The position numbers and the translations under genes were made by a program. From Octopus bimaculoides (lineage: Eukaryota), in assembly GCF_001194135.2 (NCBI RefSeq), contig NC_069000.1, positions 23,740,738 through 23,804,737 on the forward strand: DNA of 64,000 nt, written 5' to 3'. The notes under the pieces are model-generated. The model did no database searches and was not told the DNA's origin. It saw only the letters and a program-made list of their open reading frames with translations. Shown piece after piece: positions 49,046-61,229 of the stretch; the first letter of the stretch is position 1, and each line of letters starts with the position of its first letter.

Positions 49046-49609
49046 TATATTATATAAAAAGGAATCTATATTGTATGTGCATGCAGAATGCCAAGGTAAT
49101 TTCTCTTAACTATTTTGTTTGTGCGTGTGTACTTTTTCTCAGAAAATTAAAAAATATCCTTCAGTTGATGTTCATTTTTCTTTATTCAATTTATTATATA
49201 AAATGCATATATTCATACAATACCTTTAATTTTTTTTCTTTATGTTGATCTGCTGAAAAACAAGATTTGAACAACCCCAATATTCAGTATATTAAGTAAA
49301 TAAGACACACTGACTCTATTAGAAATGCAAAAACAGGCAGTACATCCAGGTTCCCTTTCAATACTGATGTTGGTTCTATGATACAAAACATCTATCTTTA
49401 ATAACAACAGTTTGGTAATAAAACCCATCCAAAATCTTATTTTCAAAAATTAATTGGAATACACAAGTAGAGTATTTCATAAAAAATACTGTTATGGAAG
49501 AGTTAAACAGTGATTATATCTCCCCACCAGATGAGAAGTCTAGTCTATTAAATGCTTTGTTGCACGTGTATTTCTCTAACAAGATGTACTCAAGGCATTA
49601 AGCCACCTA

Positions 49610-50330
49610 CCTAACTGCTAGACCAAATTATCAACAAGCCAATAGGGGAGCCTTTATATGATTGCATGACCTGCCAGAGATAGCAGCCAAATCTCTTTCA
49701 AATCACATTCCACCATCTTACAAAAAGGACACACTGATCCTAAGTTGTCTGCATATAGGGAAAAGACGGGAGGGCACACAACTGAAATGCTTTTAATCAT
49801 AGATCTGCTCAGTTAGAAATGATTTGGAAATACAAAACAACTACATCACCCAATTAATTTGACATCTTAAACCCACATTATTGCTCCAAGTGTGTCAAAA
49901 TGATTCTTTAAATCATAGTCAACAACAAATTTACAGATGACTTTTACTACTGACCAAGACAAAACTTAGTTTAAGTTCCTTCAATTGTTAGGCTTGAATG
50001 TTCTCTCTTGGAAATTTTAACCTCCAAACTACTTCAGAGTAAAGCTAAATACATATATTCACATATATAATGAATATCTGAAAGATATACAAGTAATCTG
50101 ATCTTACATAGTAATGACATATGGACATTAAGTTTGGCAGGTCTATAGTTGCTGTTTAACCCTGATTGAGTGGGTATTTTGGCCATGATCATCTATTCAT
50201 TTTTCAAGAATTGCATTGTATACTCTGATCACACTGTCCAGTGTATTCTTTTATAAGATGTAAGGGTATGATTTTAAGAAATCTGGTTGCTATTTCTAGC
50301 AGGTTGAGTGACTGTGCAGAGGCTACTACA
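49610..50330. repeat. Two family E repeats in inverted orientation (49610-49850 minus, 50140-50330 plus)
   Basis: Both align by eye with 2575-2790. Confidence 0.5.
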
Positions 50331-53079
50331 TTGCAAATGGAAGTTCAAAAGAAATAAATTGTATATGATCCACTGATTGTGCAACACATTAACATTAAAG
50401 AAAGGTAGAGCACAAACAAGCTGGATAATCAAGGCAACACCTCTGTAAGAGAGGTGGCTGCACTGGTGTAGGCATTTCATGCAAACAGATAAGTGTTAAG
50501 TGAAAATGAGATAACAGTGGAAGTTAAATATTACATTGAGAACCTAAGATATAAAGATGAAGTGATGAGAGAGTACTTCACACCTGTCTAAGCTACACCG
50601 GCATCAATGCAAAAACAATATATATACTCTATATCTAATGATTATATACTATATGTACATATAACTACTCCAGACCATAATGGCAGAACAAGTCAATGTA
50701 TTTAACAATAATGATAGATATGCAAAAATTTTGAACTGGAGGAATGCAACACCAAACAGAGTGGCTATGAATGTGCCATTTGAGCCTAAAACCTAATCAG
50801 TGTCAGTCCATTGCAGTTCTATCACCTGATATCGGTTGTCTTATTCTACATGTGCTGCATAGGATGGCCCTGAAACCATAGTCTGTGGGTCACCCCCATC
50901 AGTGAAAACAAATCTATGCCATTTTTTCCTGGTGATATTTTCTTCAACAGAGAGAAATTGAAAGTCTCAAATTATAAGAAAGAGCTAACAATATACATGT
51001 ACAAGCCAACAATATACAAGTACATATAGTGACCGCAGAATTTGACTAGTACTTTATTTTATCAACCCTAGAGGGTGATTAGTTGACCATAGTAGGATTT
51101 GAACTCAAAACCTACTATGGAATTTTGCTAAATACCATAAGTATTTTATCCAAGGCTTTCATTTCTAACATATTAAATGTGTTCCCTAATCCTATATATT
51201 CTGTCACTACAATAACAGCTTCTGCTCCTCAGAATAAGGTAACTGCACCCAGGCCCACCTAACCCTACCCTACTAATTTATGCTTAATTCTTCCAACTTA
51301 TTCTAAACTGTGTATCTTATTGAACATTTATGTTGGGAATATCTTGTGGTGGGTACCTGTGCATCAACGGTAAAATAAACTGTTGTACACCAGCAATCAC
51401 ATATAATTTGCTTTTCTGTTGTTATAGCAAAGATAGTACATCTATCTAAAACAAAATATATCATTAAAGAAAAAAAAGCCATTCACCTGGTGGAAAAACT
51501 GACTATGACAGTGCAATAGGTCCTTAATTCTCTGAACTTGTTTGATTTAATTTTATACGTTACTAGCTTAAAAGCCGCATTCTGTGCAGACTTTTGAGCT
51601 CACTCCTGTGAATGCTAATTGGGCCTGCAGCCCAAAACTAAAGAGAGAAATAATAATAATAAAGCATTTATTGGTAATCTACCAATATGGTATTAAATGA
51701 AAAACTTGAAAGTTCACAAATTTTTGGAGTTCTTTTAGAATTTGAATTTTCAACTGTTAGCATATAACAAATCCTCATCCAAACATGATCCCAATGCTGG
51801 ATGTTCAAGAACCACATGATGGGCAGGTTTCCAATCCCTGGCTCATTCTGACTCCAAAAAGGTATTATATGTCTATGTAGAGCAAATGTAAACTGAGATA
51901 CAGGGGTCTCGGATGGATAGACAGAACTTTGCGTTTATTATTATAGGTAAGCACCAGTTTGAGAAAAAAAAACAAAGAGAGAAAACAGGTTCACTAATGA
52001 AATTCAAACCACGTATTTATTGCCTGGAAGAGTCTGTCTGTCTCATCAGAGGGTGTGTCTCTTTTCTGTCTCAACTGGGTTCTTAAATTCTATTAATTTA
52101 AGTAGAAAATCTTAGTAGTTAATTCATTGTTGAATTTATGCTAAATCCAATACAAACAGACATCTCCGTGTTACTTTCAGAATATCAAACTGAATGTTTT
52201 CAGTTTTTCCTCTTCTGCAATATAAATGTTTCTCGTAATCCCAATTTTGCTTAGCCCTGATTTCATAGCGTTATGTGGATATGACTGGGTACAGATTACA
52301 TCTATAGGTAATATAATACATGGTGGGTGAATGAAACAATGAACTTTCAACAATAAATTAGTTAAATTACACACTATATTGGTTAAAAATTAAAATTCTT
52401 TTCTTAATGTGTCTTATGAAACTTGCCAAAAAGGTTTACGTGAACCAAGGGAGACATAGCCCCTTTAAAAAAAAAAGCAGGATGGTCACAGCTTTTATTA
52501 TGGACTTACTAAATCAAGGGTATAATAGTACTTATAGTGAACAAGTAATGTTTATAAAGGTTACTTGATGATGATCGTTAGTCCTGTGAGGACTGGTGAA
52601 TTACAAGCATGTCGAAACCACGACGCAATTTCAATCCTTAATTCATGTAGGGAAATGCGTGAAAATCACATCTCAATTTTCATTTCCTCTAATATATTCG
52701 GCAGTAAGAAGGAAACCAATATTAGCGAGCTAGCTACAGGAAAAAATAAAATCAGAAAAAAGGCAATTTTCAAAACCTGAGCAGACTAAATGTATTAAGC
52801 CTTTAAATGCGTTCATCTATATTCTAAGATTATCAACAAAATACAAAGATACAATAAATCAGTCAATAGCATAGATGTGACTTTTTTTTTCTTGGTATCG
52901 AAACATGCCACAATAGATGTCTATTTAACATTCTCTTAATGTTGATGGAATATATTTAAATTTATTAAAGCAGCTTCTATTCGATGAATATCTAATTCCT
53001 TACATAAACTTACATCTACTGTTGAATATATAGTTCTCTTAGCGGCAAAGGAAAATGTTAAAAATAGATGAAAAAATTC

Positions 53080-53670
53080 TTCTGCTAGAAGTCGACAGAA
53101 CATGACGTCATTGTAGCAGTGGGTATATAAAAAAAATGAAGTTGTTTCATAGTAAAACTAAATGAAAACGTGTTGTTAACTTCATCTAAATCTCGAAAGA
53201 ACAGATAAAAAAGAGACTTACTAGTCATTATTGTTGCATACAGCTTTTAAACACTAAAAAAAATGTCATAAACATGCCTTGACAATTACATTGGAAATAT
53301 AAGCCAACGCCATTTTGAAACGTGAAAAAATTGGGTCGATAATGTGTAATGATTGGAACGTGATACGCACCGAAACGCAACGGAACGGAATTCAAATAAG
53401 TTCCATTTCAACTTTTTTTAAGAGCCATTCAATTTTTTTATGAAAACTAAATAGTGATAGAAAAAATTTGAAACCTGAACGAAATTAGGAAAAGTTTAAT
53501 TTAAATATAGATAAAGTTTATAACATTTTAACAAAGGGAGACAATAACCTTCAGTAGACAAACTTCACTTTTTATAGCTTGTCTTCCCTTCCACTGCAGA
53601 AAAGCAGAAGGTTCTTACAATATTTAACAATTAAGTCATTAGAGAAATATTTCAACTTCACGGTAAGTGA
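53080..53670. promoter_or_regulatory. Candidate (possibly bidirectional) promoter and first exon
   Basis: Locally CpG-rich. ATGACGTCAT (53102-53111), TATATAAAA (53124), CGCCATTTT (YY1-like, 53308-53316), GATTGG, repeated CGGAA, donor ACG|GTAAGT at 53662/53663. Confidence 0.45.
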
Positions 53671-54951
53671 AATTTTCTTTACCATTTCTCCGTTCCAACT
53701 TTTTTATGTTTCTTTTTTAAAAAAATTCCCGCCTTTTTTATGACAATTCAAACAATTTAAATTATCACTGCACTTTAGTGGAAACTGGTGTCGGTGTTCT
53801 AGTTATATATTAGAAAACGGTAAAGACTGTAGACTAATTGACAGAAAGAAAGAAAAAAAAACGGATGGTGTAAATCAGCGAACGGAATTCTTTAAGTTTT
53901 GTTTATTTTAATTTTTTTGCGTTAATCTTGAAATAAAATATCGGTAAAAAAAAATTCCAAACATTTAACAGTATTAATTTTGATAATNNNNNNNNNNNNN
54001 NNNNNNNNNNNNNNNNNNNNNNNNNNNNNNNNNNNNNNNNNNNNNNNNNNNNNNNNNNNNNNNNNNNNNNNNNNNNNNNNNNNNNNNNNNNNNNNNNNNN
54101 NNNNNNNNNNNNNNNNNNATAGAGTTGTTATTTTAAATGGAAAAGAGAATTTATTTCAAAATTTTAACATAACAATATATAATAATGAAATTATATACAT
54201 AGTTTTTTTTTATATTCAAAATTTAATTGTTAAAATCATCAAGAAATAAGATATCTCTCAGAAAATTCTATAAGGAAACCATCCAAATATCAGACAGCAA
54301 CAGAAATCAATGTATATTGGATAGGTGAGAAAAAAATGTATAATTTCATTATTTTATATTTCTATTTATGATTTTTTTTACTATTTTCAATTTCAAGCAT
54401 AGATTGGATAATTCCATAAACAGATTTATATTTTGAAAACTATGCTTTGTAACTCTATGCTTTTCATATTGCTCATCTCTTGCTCATAAAATGAATGTAT
54501 TATCTTTTATCAGCCAGATAGAAACAAAATTACGACTTGCAAGATTTAAACTTATAATAGTTGGCTAGTAGGAAAAGTAAAGAAAGGATAAAATAGGGAT
54601 ATAAGAGGAAGAGGAAGGAGTAAATATAAATAAGTAAATGATTAAATAGACAATAAACTTCAACTACAGAGATCAGAAAAAGAAAGCAACAGAAGAAGGG
54701 AAAGGGAAGAGGAAGTGTAGGAGCACTACTTTCCCTTTGATGGAACATTTGTCCATCTATGTGTAATTTGGTTAGTGTAGCTAACTGCTGTGCCTCACGC
54801 ATAGGTACACACCACCACCTATCCCAAAGTTGTGGGAAAGTCTTAATCAGTCCCAGCCAAGCCTCCAAGAAAGTCAGACGTAATTTGTCATGTTGCTGTC
54901 GGAGCTCAACTCCACCATGTGGGCAATATTGAAAGAAGAAACACTCTAGAA

Positions 54952-56940
54952 CATAGCTTTCCAAAGTGGGCGATTTCATCTTACAGGTGGATGATATGAA
55001 CATTTTGTGGGTGACAATGAATTTTTAGAAATGAAGTCTACATTTACTGATATCTAGAATAAGGATGCACTTTTATTGATATAAATACTCGCATGAAATG
55101 TCCCTTTGTATTAAAAAAGCGGACTTGTTTATTGATTGAATATTTTTGTTACAGTCATTGAGATGCCCCCAGTCAAGAAAATTTGTCACCAGTACAGTAG
55201 TGATTATTTATTGTTTGGATTTATTCCCTCTCCTCAGAACTGTCAGTTACCAATGTGCCTTCTTTGCCGTCAAACATTGACCAATGAAGCAATGAAACCT
55301 TCATGCCTGAAGTATCACTTTGATGCAAAGCATTCTGACAAGGACAAACCGTTATACTTTTTGCAACTGAGCTCCTCTTTCAAAAAGTAAATACAAACAT
55401 TCAACACACTACTCCAGGAAACTAGTAAACAGGAGAATGACAGGTTGATTGCATCTTACAACACTGCATTGCTTGTTGCTAAGTCTGGGAAGTCTCACAC
55501 AATTGGAGAAACATAACTTTGCCCACTTATCGAAGAGGTCTTGTCAACCATTATGCACAAAAATCCGATAACATTATGAAGAAGATCCCACTTAGTAGTA
55601 GCACAATTTCTTGAAGCATCGACGAAATGACCAACGATGTCAAACATCAGCTCATTAATATTCTCCAGTGTTCTGAATTTTCTATATAAGTGGATGAGTC
55701 AACTGTTGTGGACAATCAATGTTTGATGATGGTATATGTTCGGTATTTCAGCAAAGACCTTCAACCCTGTGAGGAAATGCTGTTCACAGAGAAATTGTTG
55801 CTTGATTCAAGAGGGGCAACTATTTTTCACTCTCTCAAGTCTTTCCTTTTTGAGCATAATATCCCACTCAGTAATATTCTTGCCTGTGCGTCTGATGGAG
55901 CCCCTTCAATGATAGGTAGATACAGAGGTTTTTCATCTCTCCTAAAGTGTGAAATTTCCCACCAGATACTAACTGTTCATTACTTGGCACACCAGCAGCA
56001 TTTAGTGGTAAAAAATATGAACAGTAGGTTGAATGATGCACTACAGTTAGCTATCAAGACTGTGAACAAATTGAAGTCCAGTCCCTTGTTTGTCTGATCG
56101 AATTTTCCATCAAATCTGTCTGAGAAATGATGAGGACCATATTAAACTCTTATACCATACCGAAGTGCAGTGGCTGTCAAAAGGAAACTGTTTTATGCTT
56201 TTTTGAACTGATACTCCACTATCCACTTCATTGATGGCTGCAAGGTCCAATATCTTTTTTCTTTGTGATATATTCACAAAATTAAATGATTTGAATAAGT
56301 TATTGCAAGGAAACAGAAAAACTCTCATTGATTGTAAATTATTTACCACTACCTTCATTTTGAAATTGGTGTTGTTTAAGACTAACATTTCAAAATGTCA
56401 ATTTCATCAATTTCTACAACTTGATTCTTGACACAACGAGGAGACTTGCAGCTAAAGTTGACAAGTTTGAAACCGAATGTATCTGCACTAGCTGCATTGC
56501 ACCAGACACATGGTTCTCATTAAAAAGTTTTATTCTTTTCCTTTATAATAAATCCTTATTTATTTTTGCATTGGTAGTTCTTATCAATGGTTCATTTAGA
56601 GAAAATGAAAATCAGTGTAAAAGAAAGCACAAGTTTCCAGAAGTTAATCTGTCTGAAAAATATAGAGTTAATGTTAGAATTTCATTGACACTAATGGCAA
56701 AACTAAACTCACAATAAAGGGTTTGTAAACAACCACATATTTAGTACAAACGGCACTAACAGGGCAATGAGTCTATGATATAGTGTATGTATGTGTCAAA
56801 TGATATGGGGAGGGGGCTAGGGGATTTTGTGTTGGTGGGGTTGTGTCAGGGTTTTTTTTATACAGGTGGGCGATGAAGCATTTTTTAGCCGATAGGTGGG
56901 CGATATTGGAATTTGGTGCAAAAAAGTTTAGCAAACACTG
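54952..56940 (+). mobile_element. hAT (Buster/Charlie-type) DNA transposon, about 2 kb, decayed transposase
   Basis: TSD CTCTAGAA / CTCAAGAA (7/8). Ends CATAGCTTTCCAAAGT and AGTTTAGCAAACACTG. YLLFGF..PMCLLC..LTNEAMKPS.LK.H (BED-like), DEST..VYVRY, SDGAPSMIG, H.LAHQQHL and FLCDIFTKLNDLN.LQG. Confidence 0.92.
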
Positions 56941-57347
56941 CTCAAGAATATCAACAGAAGAAACACTCTAGAACTAAATAACTATTTACGGACTGTTCAA
57001 ACATTTATCCTGTTCACATTTTACGATATACATTAAAAGTAAGTGTTACATGTTATTTATGCTGCATACATGTTCTTCTGGATTTGTGACCCTATAATGA
57101 GTAACTCAAACTTTTCTTTTGTTCACTTAGGACACTATTATACCATACCTCTGAATGCTATACCCTGTAAGCTGTCAAGCAAATCTTGATTTAATGCTAT
57201 CATCATTTCCTCTTATAATAAATTACTATGTTCTATTAAGCCTTTTGGATGTTGTCTATTATTGCATTACAAGGTATTATACTACTGCTGTTAAAAGAAG
57301 TCAGATGTTATTTTAGTGCCTGTTCACCAAAAAATTGATGACCTCAG

Positions 57348-57476
57348 CTAAAAAATTGGTGACTCTAAGCTAAAACATTTGCAGTCTTCCCCCACATCTC
57401 CACTAAAAATTGGCAACCTCAAGCTAAAAGAATTGCAGTCTTCACTCACATCTCCACTAAAAATTGATGATTCAAG
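57348..57476. repeat. About 2.4 copies of a 54-bp tandem unit
   Basis: CTAAAAATTGG..GCTAAAA..TTGCAGTCTTC..CACATCTCCA repeated, period 54-55 nt. Confidence 0.8.
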
Positions 57477-58489
57477 TGAATCTTTAGAATTCATCTTCTT
57501 CATCTCAAATTTGTACATAACAGAGTATGCATCCTTCTTCCAAGAAAATACACAGTGTTCTTTCAAATAATCTCCTTTTGAAATATTTTTCTCCCACAAT
57601 GTCAACTGTAAACCTTTTATGCTAGTAAACATACCTTGAAGTTTTGTCCAACATGGTGCCTGTCTTCATCTTCCTTGTTGGTTTTTTCCACGCAATTGCC
57701 TATCTGAGCATTTGCAGTAGATGTGCATGTAAAATGTTGAGAGTTCTCCATTACATTCACTTCTCTAGAATTTTCCACATCACTGGACTTCGACAGCCAT
57801 GCAAACCAACAATGCCATCAGCAACACTGCTAATGCCGTCACCGCCTCAGCCTTTGTGCCAGATCACAGTGCTAACATCACTGCTGTCACAGTTTAAATG
57901 CTACTTTCGAAATCATTCCTGCAATATCTTCCATACAGCAACCAATTTTGTTGCCTCATACAGCGAATTTCAGTCACTGTTAGCACTACACAAATGGATG
58001 ACACTTCAAAAACCTTCTTAACCTGAAATGCAACATTCTTTTCACCAACCATGCATTTCTTAATGGCATTCATTGGAACATGTATTCAACAAACTGAACA
58101 TTTTGCATGTTTGCTTGTTTTTCCTTCAATATTTTTTCAGCTTTGCCATGAGCTTTTCTGTTCCAATTTCTTTCTGTTCATTTTGTTGCATTTTTTAATA
58201 CTTTTATGTGCATCCATTCTGTAACATGCTTTTTTGGCACTGTGAAATGCCCTCTACTCAGCACCTCGTCTTGCACACTCAGTCTCCGATGCAGTCGGTG
58301 TTGTTTCACAGTACTTTCAGCATTTACAGTCGCACATTATTTTTTGCATGTTTCATTCTTCCTGTATTTAATGCATTCATCCTACAGCTTCTGCAAGCAG
58401 CTCACTGCTCATTCAGGCTTACACCTCTTCAGCCTCTGCACACAACTCAGCGATCTCACAGGCTTACAACTCTTTTGCCTTTGCAAGTG

Positions 58490-59045
58490 ACTAGCTTATC
58501 TGTGGTCATGTTACATTGCATGGCATCCCAATTCTTTTGAGAAGACAGGACGTCCACAGAAGGCAGAAGGGGATGGACATCAGCTGTGTGCAGGCCATGC
58601 TGGCTCCATTCACATAGGCTGCCGCAAGTTCCCCAGTCACAGAATGTTCAGTTGTGTTGTGAAGAACCCTGTTAATGAGGACCCAGCAAGAGATTACTGA
58701 TGAGAGAAAAGTCAGCAGGGCCAGTGAGACTGGAGATCAAAGGCCTTCATATTTGATGGGTAAGGTTGCCTGTTGCCATCCAGTGTCATTGAAATGAATA
58801 TTGCATATCTCTTTGGCGGCCTGTTGGATATCATGGAGAGATACATGGTTGTAGCAAGGGGCACAGAGGAGGGTATACAATAGCTTCAGGATGGTGAAAC
58901 AGTTCCTTAACAGGAACAATGCTAGGTGGGCATCAATCGCCTTCAGTCTGTCCGACAGTCTTTCTAGCTGGAGGAGCTTAGACCTGAGAGTGGAGCAAAT
59001 GGCAGGCTGGAGGATCGGTGAACCAAAGATAAGGACGTCCTCCTT
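58490..59045 (-). mobile_element. CRE-like (RLE-type) non-LTR retrotransposon fragment, post-RT region
   Basis: IFGSPI..LERLSDRLKAIDAHLALFLLRNCFTILKLLYTL..PC..ICNI....WQQATLPIKYEGL and a later SQKNWD match, from memory, the CRE-clade pattern LGSP..H.AL.LLR.C..PKL.Y..W.QA.LP...GGLG..QK.WD. Confidence 0.65.
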
Positions 59046-59619
59046 AGGTGTCTAAGATATGATACTTATCTTCAATTTGTGAAGTGTGAAAGACCATGTA
59101 CATTCGGCATTATTATAAAGTTGAGTTCATGGGTTAATGACAGCAATGGTGTGTGGGGTAATAGCAGGAGCTGGTGCTGTGTGAGAGCTAGAAGTCTTTT
59201 TTATTTCTTTTGCCAGATTCATCATAGCTAAAAAAGAATTTTCTTGTCTTTGGGGTGAGGGGTCTGAAGTTGGTATTGTTGCACTGTTGAATATGGTTAT
59301 AGTTATATGGTTTGCGGCTTTTGATTTCTACAGTAGATATGTGGGTAACTTCTGCATTTCGATGAAAGCCTGGGCCAACACTGCCGCTGTAAGGTATGTT
59401 TCTACTATAGATTTGGTGGTGGTTTGAAGCCATGCTTTTGCTAGTGCATTGAGTCCCTGAAAGATGAGTGAAGGGACAGTCACACATCAGACTTAATCAT
59501 TTGTGTTGGGAATAGTAACAGATTTTAGGATTCCGGATTACATGTATAGAAGTTATTAAGTGTGATTTAACATTTAGTAGTGATGGTGATGGTGTTGTAA
59601 GATGTGTGGTTTGGTGATG

Positions 59620-59914
59620 GCTGGTAAACAGGAGCACTCCGTTGGTTACGATGATGAGGGTCCCAGCTGATATGATCGATGAAACAGCCCGCTCATGAAA
59701 TTAACGTGCAAGTGGTTGAGCAATTCACAGACACATGTACCCCTAACATAGTTCTCAGGGAGACTCAGCGTGAAACAGCGTGACTATGCCGGCCCTTTGA
59801 AATACAGGTATTACTCATTTTTGCTAGCTGAGTAGATTGGAGCAACATGTCACCGGGATTCGAACTCACGACCTTACCATCGTGAGTTGAATGCCCTAAC
59901 CACTAAGCCACGCG
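59620..59914 (-). mobile_element. tRNA-derived SINE family C
   Basis: Minus-strand head CGTGGCTTAGTGGTTAGGG..GAGTTCGAATCCCGG with clear A and B boxes, followed by a non-tRNA body. Confidence 0.85.
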
Positions 59915-61229
59915 ACTGTTGGCTGGTATTGCTTGTATGAATTGTGCATCTTGTCCCAGGAAGATGTGAGAAGCTACAGTCACTGCATATGCATAGTCTC
60001 TCGCATTGAGAATAGTGGCATATTTTGGGGTTTCGTGTGTTCATGATTTTACTTTATTTACAGTTGGGAAATTTATCACGGAGCTGTCAGGTATACATTT
60101 AGATTGAAGTGGAGAGAAGCAGGTGAAGAAAGGAGTGGTTCTTCACTAATTGGAGTAGTAGTAGACTAGGATGACAATGGTGATGATGGATCTCTTGTGT
60201 TATTCTGATGAGAATTGGAGTGGACTGGTTGCAGAGAAGAGCTAGAGACTGTATTGTTTAAAAGGTCATCAATTGTTCTAGTATTGAAGAGTGACTGCCA
60301 ATGCAGATCATGTTGTTGTTGCTATTGTCTAGTTGTGGTAAAGATAATAGCAGTGGAACATAATGACAGTGATGATGATGGGTCACTTGTGGTATTTCGA
60401 GGAAAAGAGAAACTGGAGAGCTACACAGGGAAGGGCTCTTGATTGTGGAGTTTAATATTTCATCTGTTGTGTTAGTATTGAAGAGTGGCTGTGGTTTTTG
60501 TTGTTTTGTTGTTATATTGTTGTTACATATATATATTGTTATAACTGTCTACTTCAGTATACAGTATACCTAGTAAAACCAGTAAAGACACATCTATCTC
60601 TGACCGCTTACTACATACTCTCATACTTCATGTACTTCTCTCTATTTATAGTGACTATGTTATTCCATTTGTCACGTAGGAAGGACGTACCATTATTACT
60701 AATTCCCTACAATATATTTCCTTTAAAGTTTTTCTTAGGAAGTGTCATTTTATTTAGGTATTGACAATGCGTTGTCTGTCCATTAGATCTGGGATTGGTA
60801 TGGCACCATAGTTCTATGTTCTACCATGAATGTTTCACAAAATTTTAAAAATTTGCTAGACACAAATTGCATTCCATTGTCAGACACAATCTTGCCTGGG
60901 ATGCCAAATCTTGCAAACAATTCGTGTAAAAAATTTATCACAGTTGAGGAGGTTGGTTTTTACACTTACAAATTTCAGGCCATTTCGAGAAACTATCAAC
61001 TACCACTAAATAGTAAAAACCATTTAATGGACCAGTGAAATCAATGAGTAGTCTTGACCACGGAACTTTTGAATAATGTTTACTTTTCATCGTGGGCAAT
61101 TTTTCATTTCATTTTGGCCTACATACAGGTGTTCTACTCTGTTTTATTGCAATTTTTTGTTTCAGTCCCTCAAACCTTGAGTGAACTGACTATATTTCCA
61201 CTCAAAACATTTATAGGTGTATTCCACAA

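Noticed and set aside
50810-50880. Minus-strand LCSTCRIRQP resembling a DHHC palmitoyltransferase start
   Set aside because: The RS.HC..C..C..DHHC continuation is absent in all frames examined.
52227-52307. Plus-strand MFLVIPILLSPDFIALCG.. as a signal-peptide exon
   Set aside because: Short, hydrophobicity expected from T-rich DNA, and no linked downstream exon found.
54934-56973. 18-bp direct repeat AGAAGAAACACTCTAGAA on both sides of the hAT, suggesting a long TSD or transduction
   Set aside because: Removing the element and one 8-bp TSD leaves a simple 25-bp tandem duplication (AATATTGAAAGAAG../AATATCAACAGAAG..), so a normal insertion explains it.
59845-59914. tRNA gene (also SINE heads at 9290-9335, 28578-28630 and 40540-40620)
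   Set aside because: A/B boxes are present but there is no complete cloverleaf or acceptor stem, and each continues into a SINE body.
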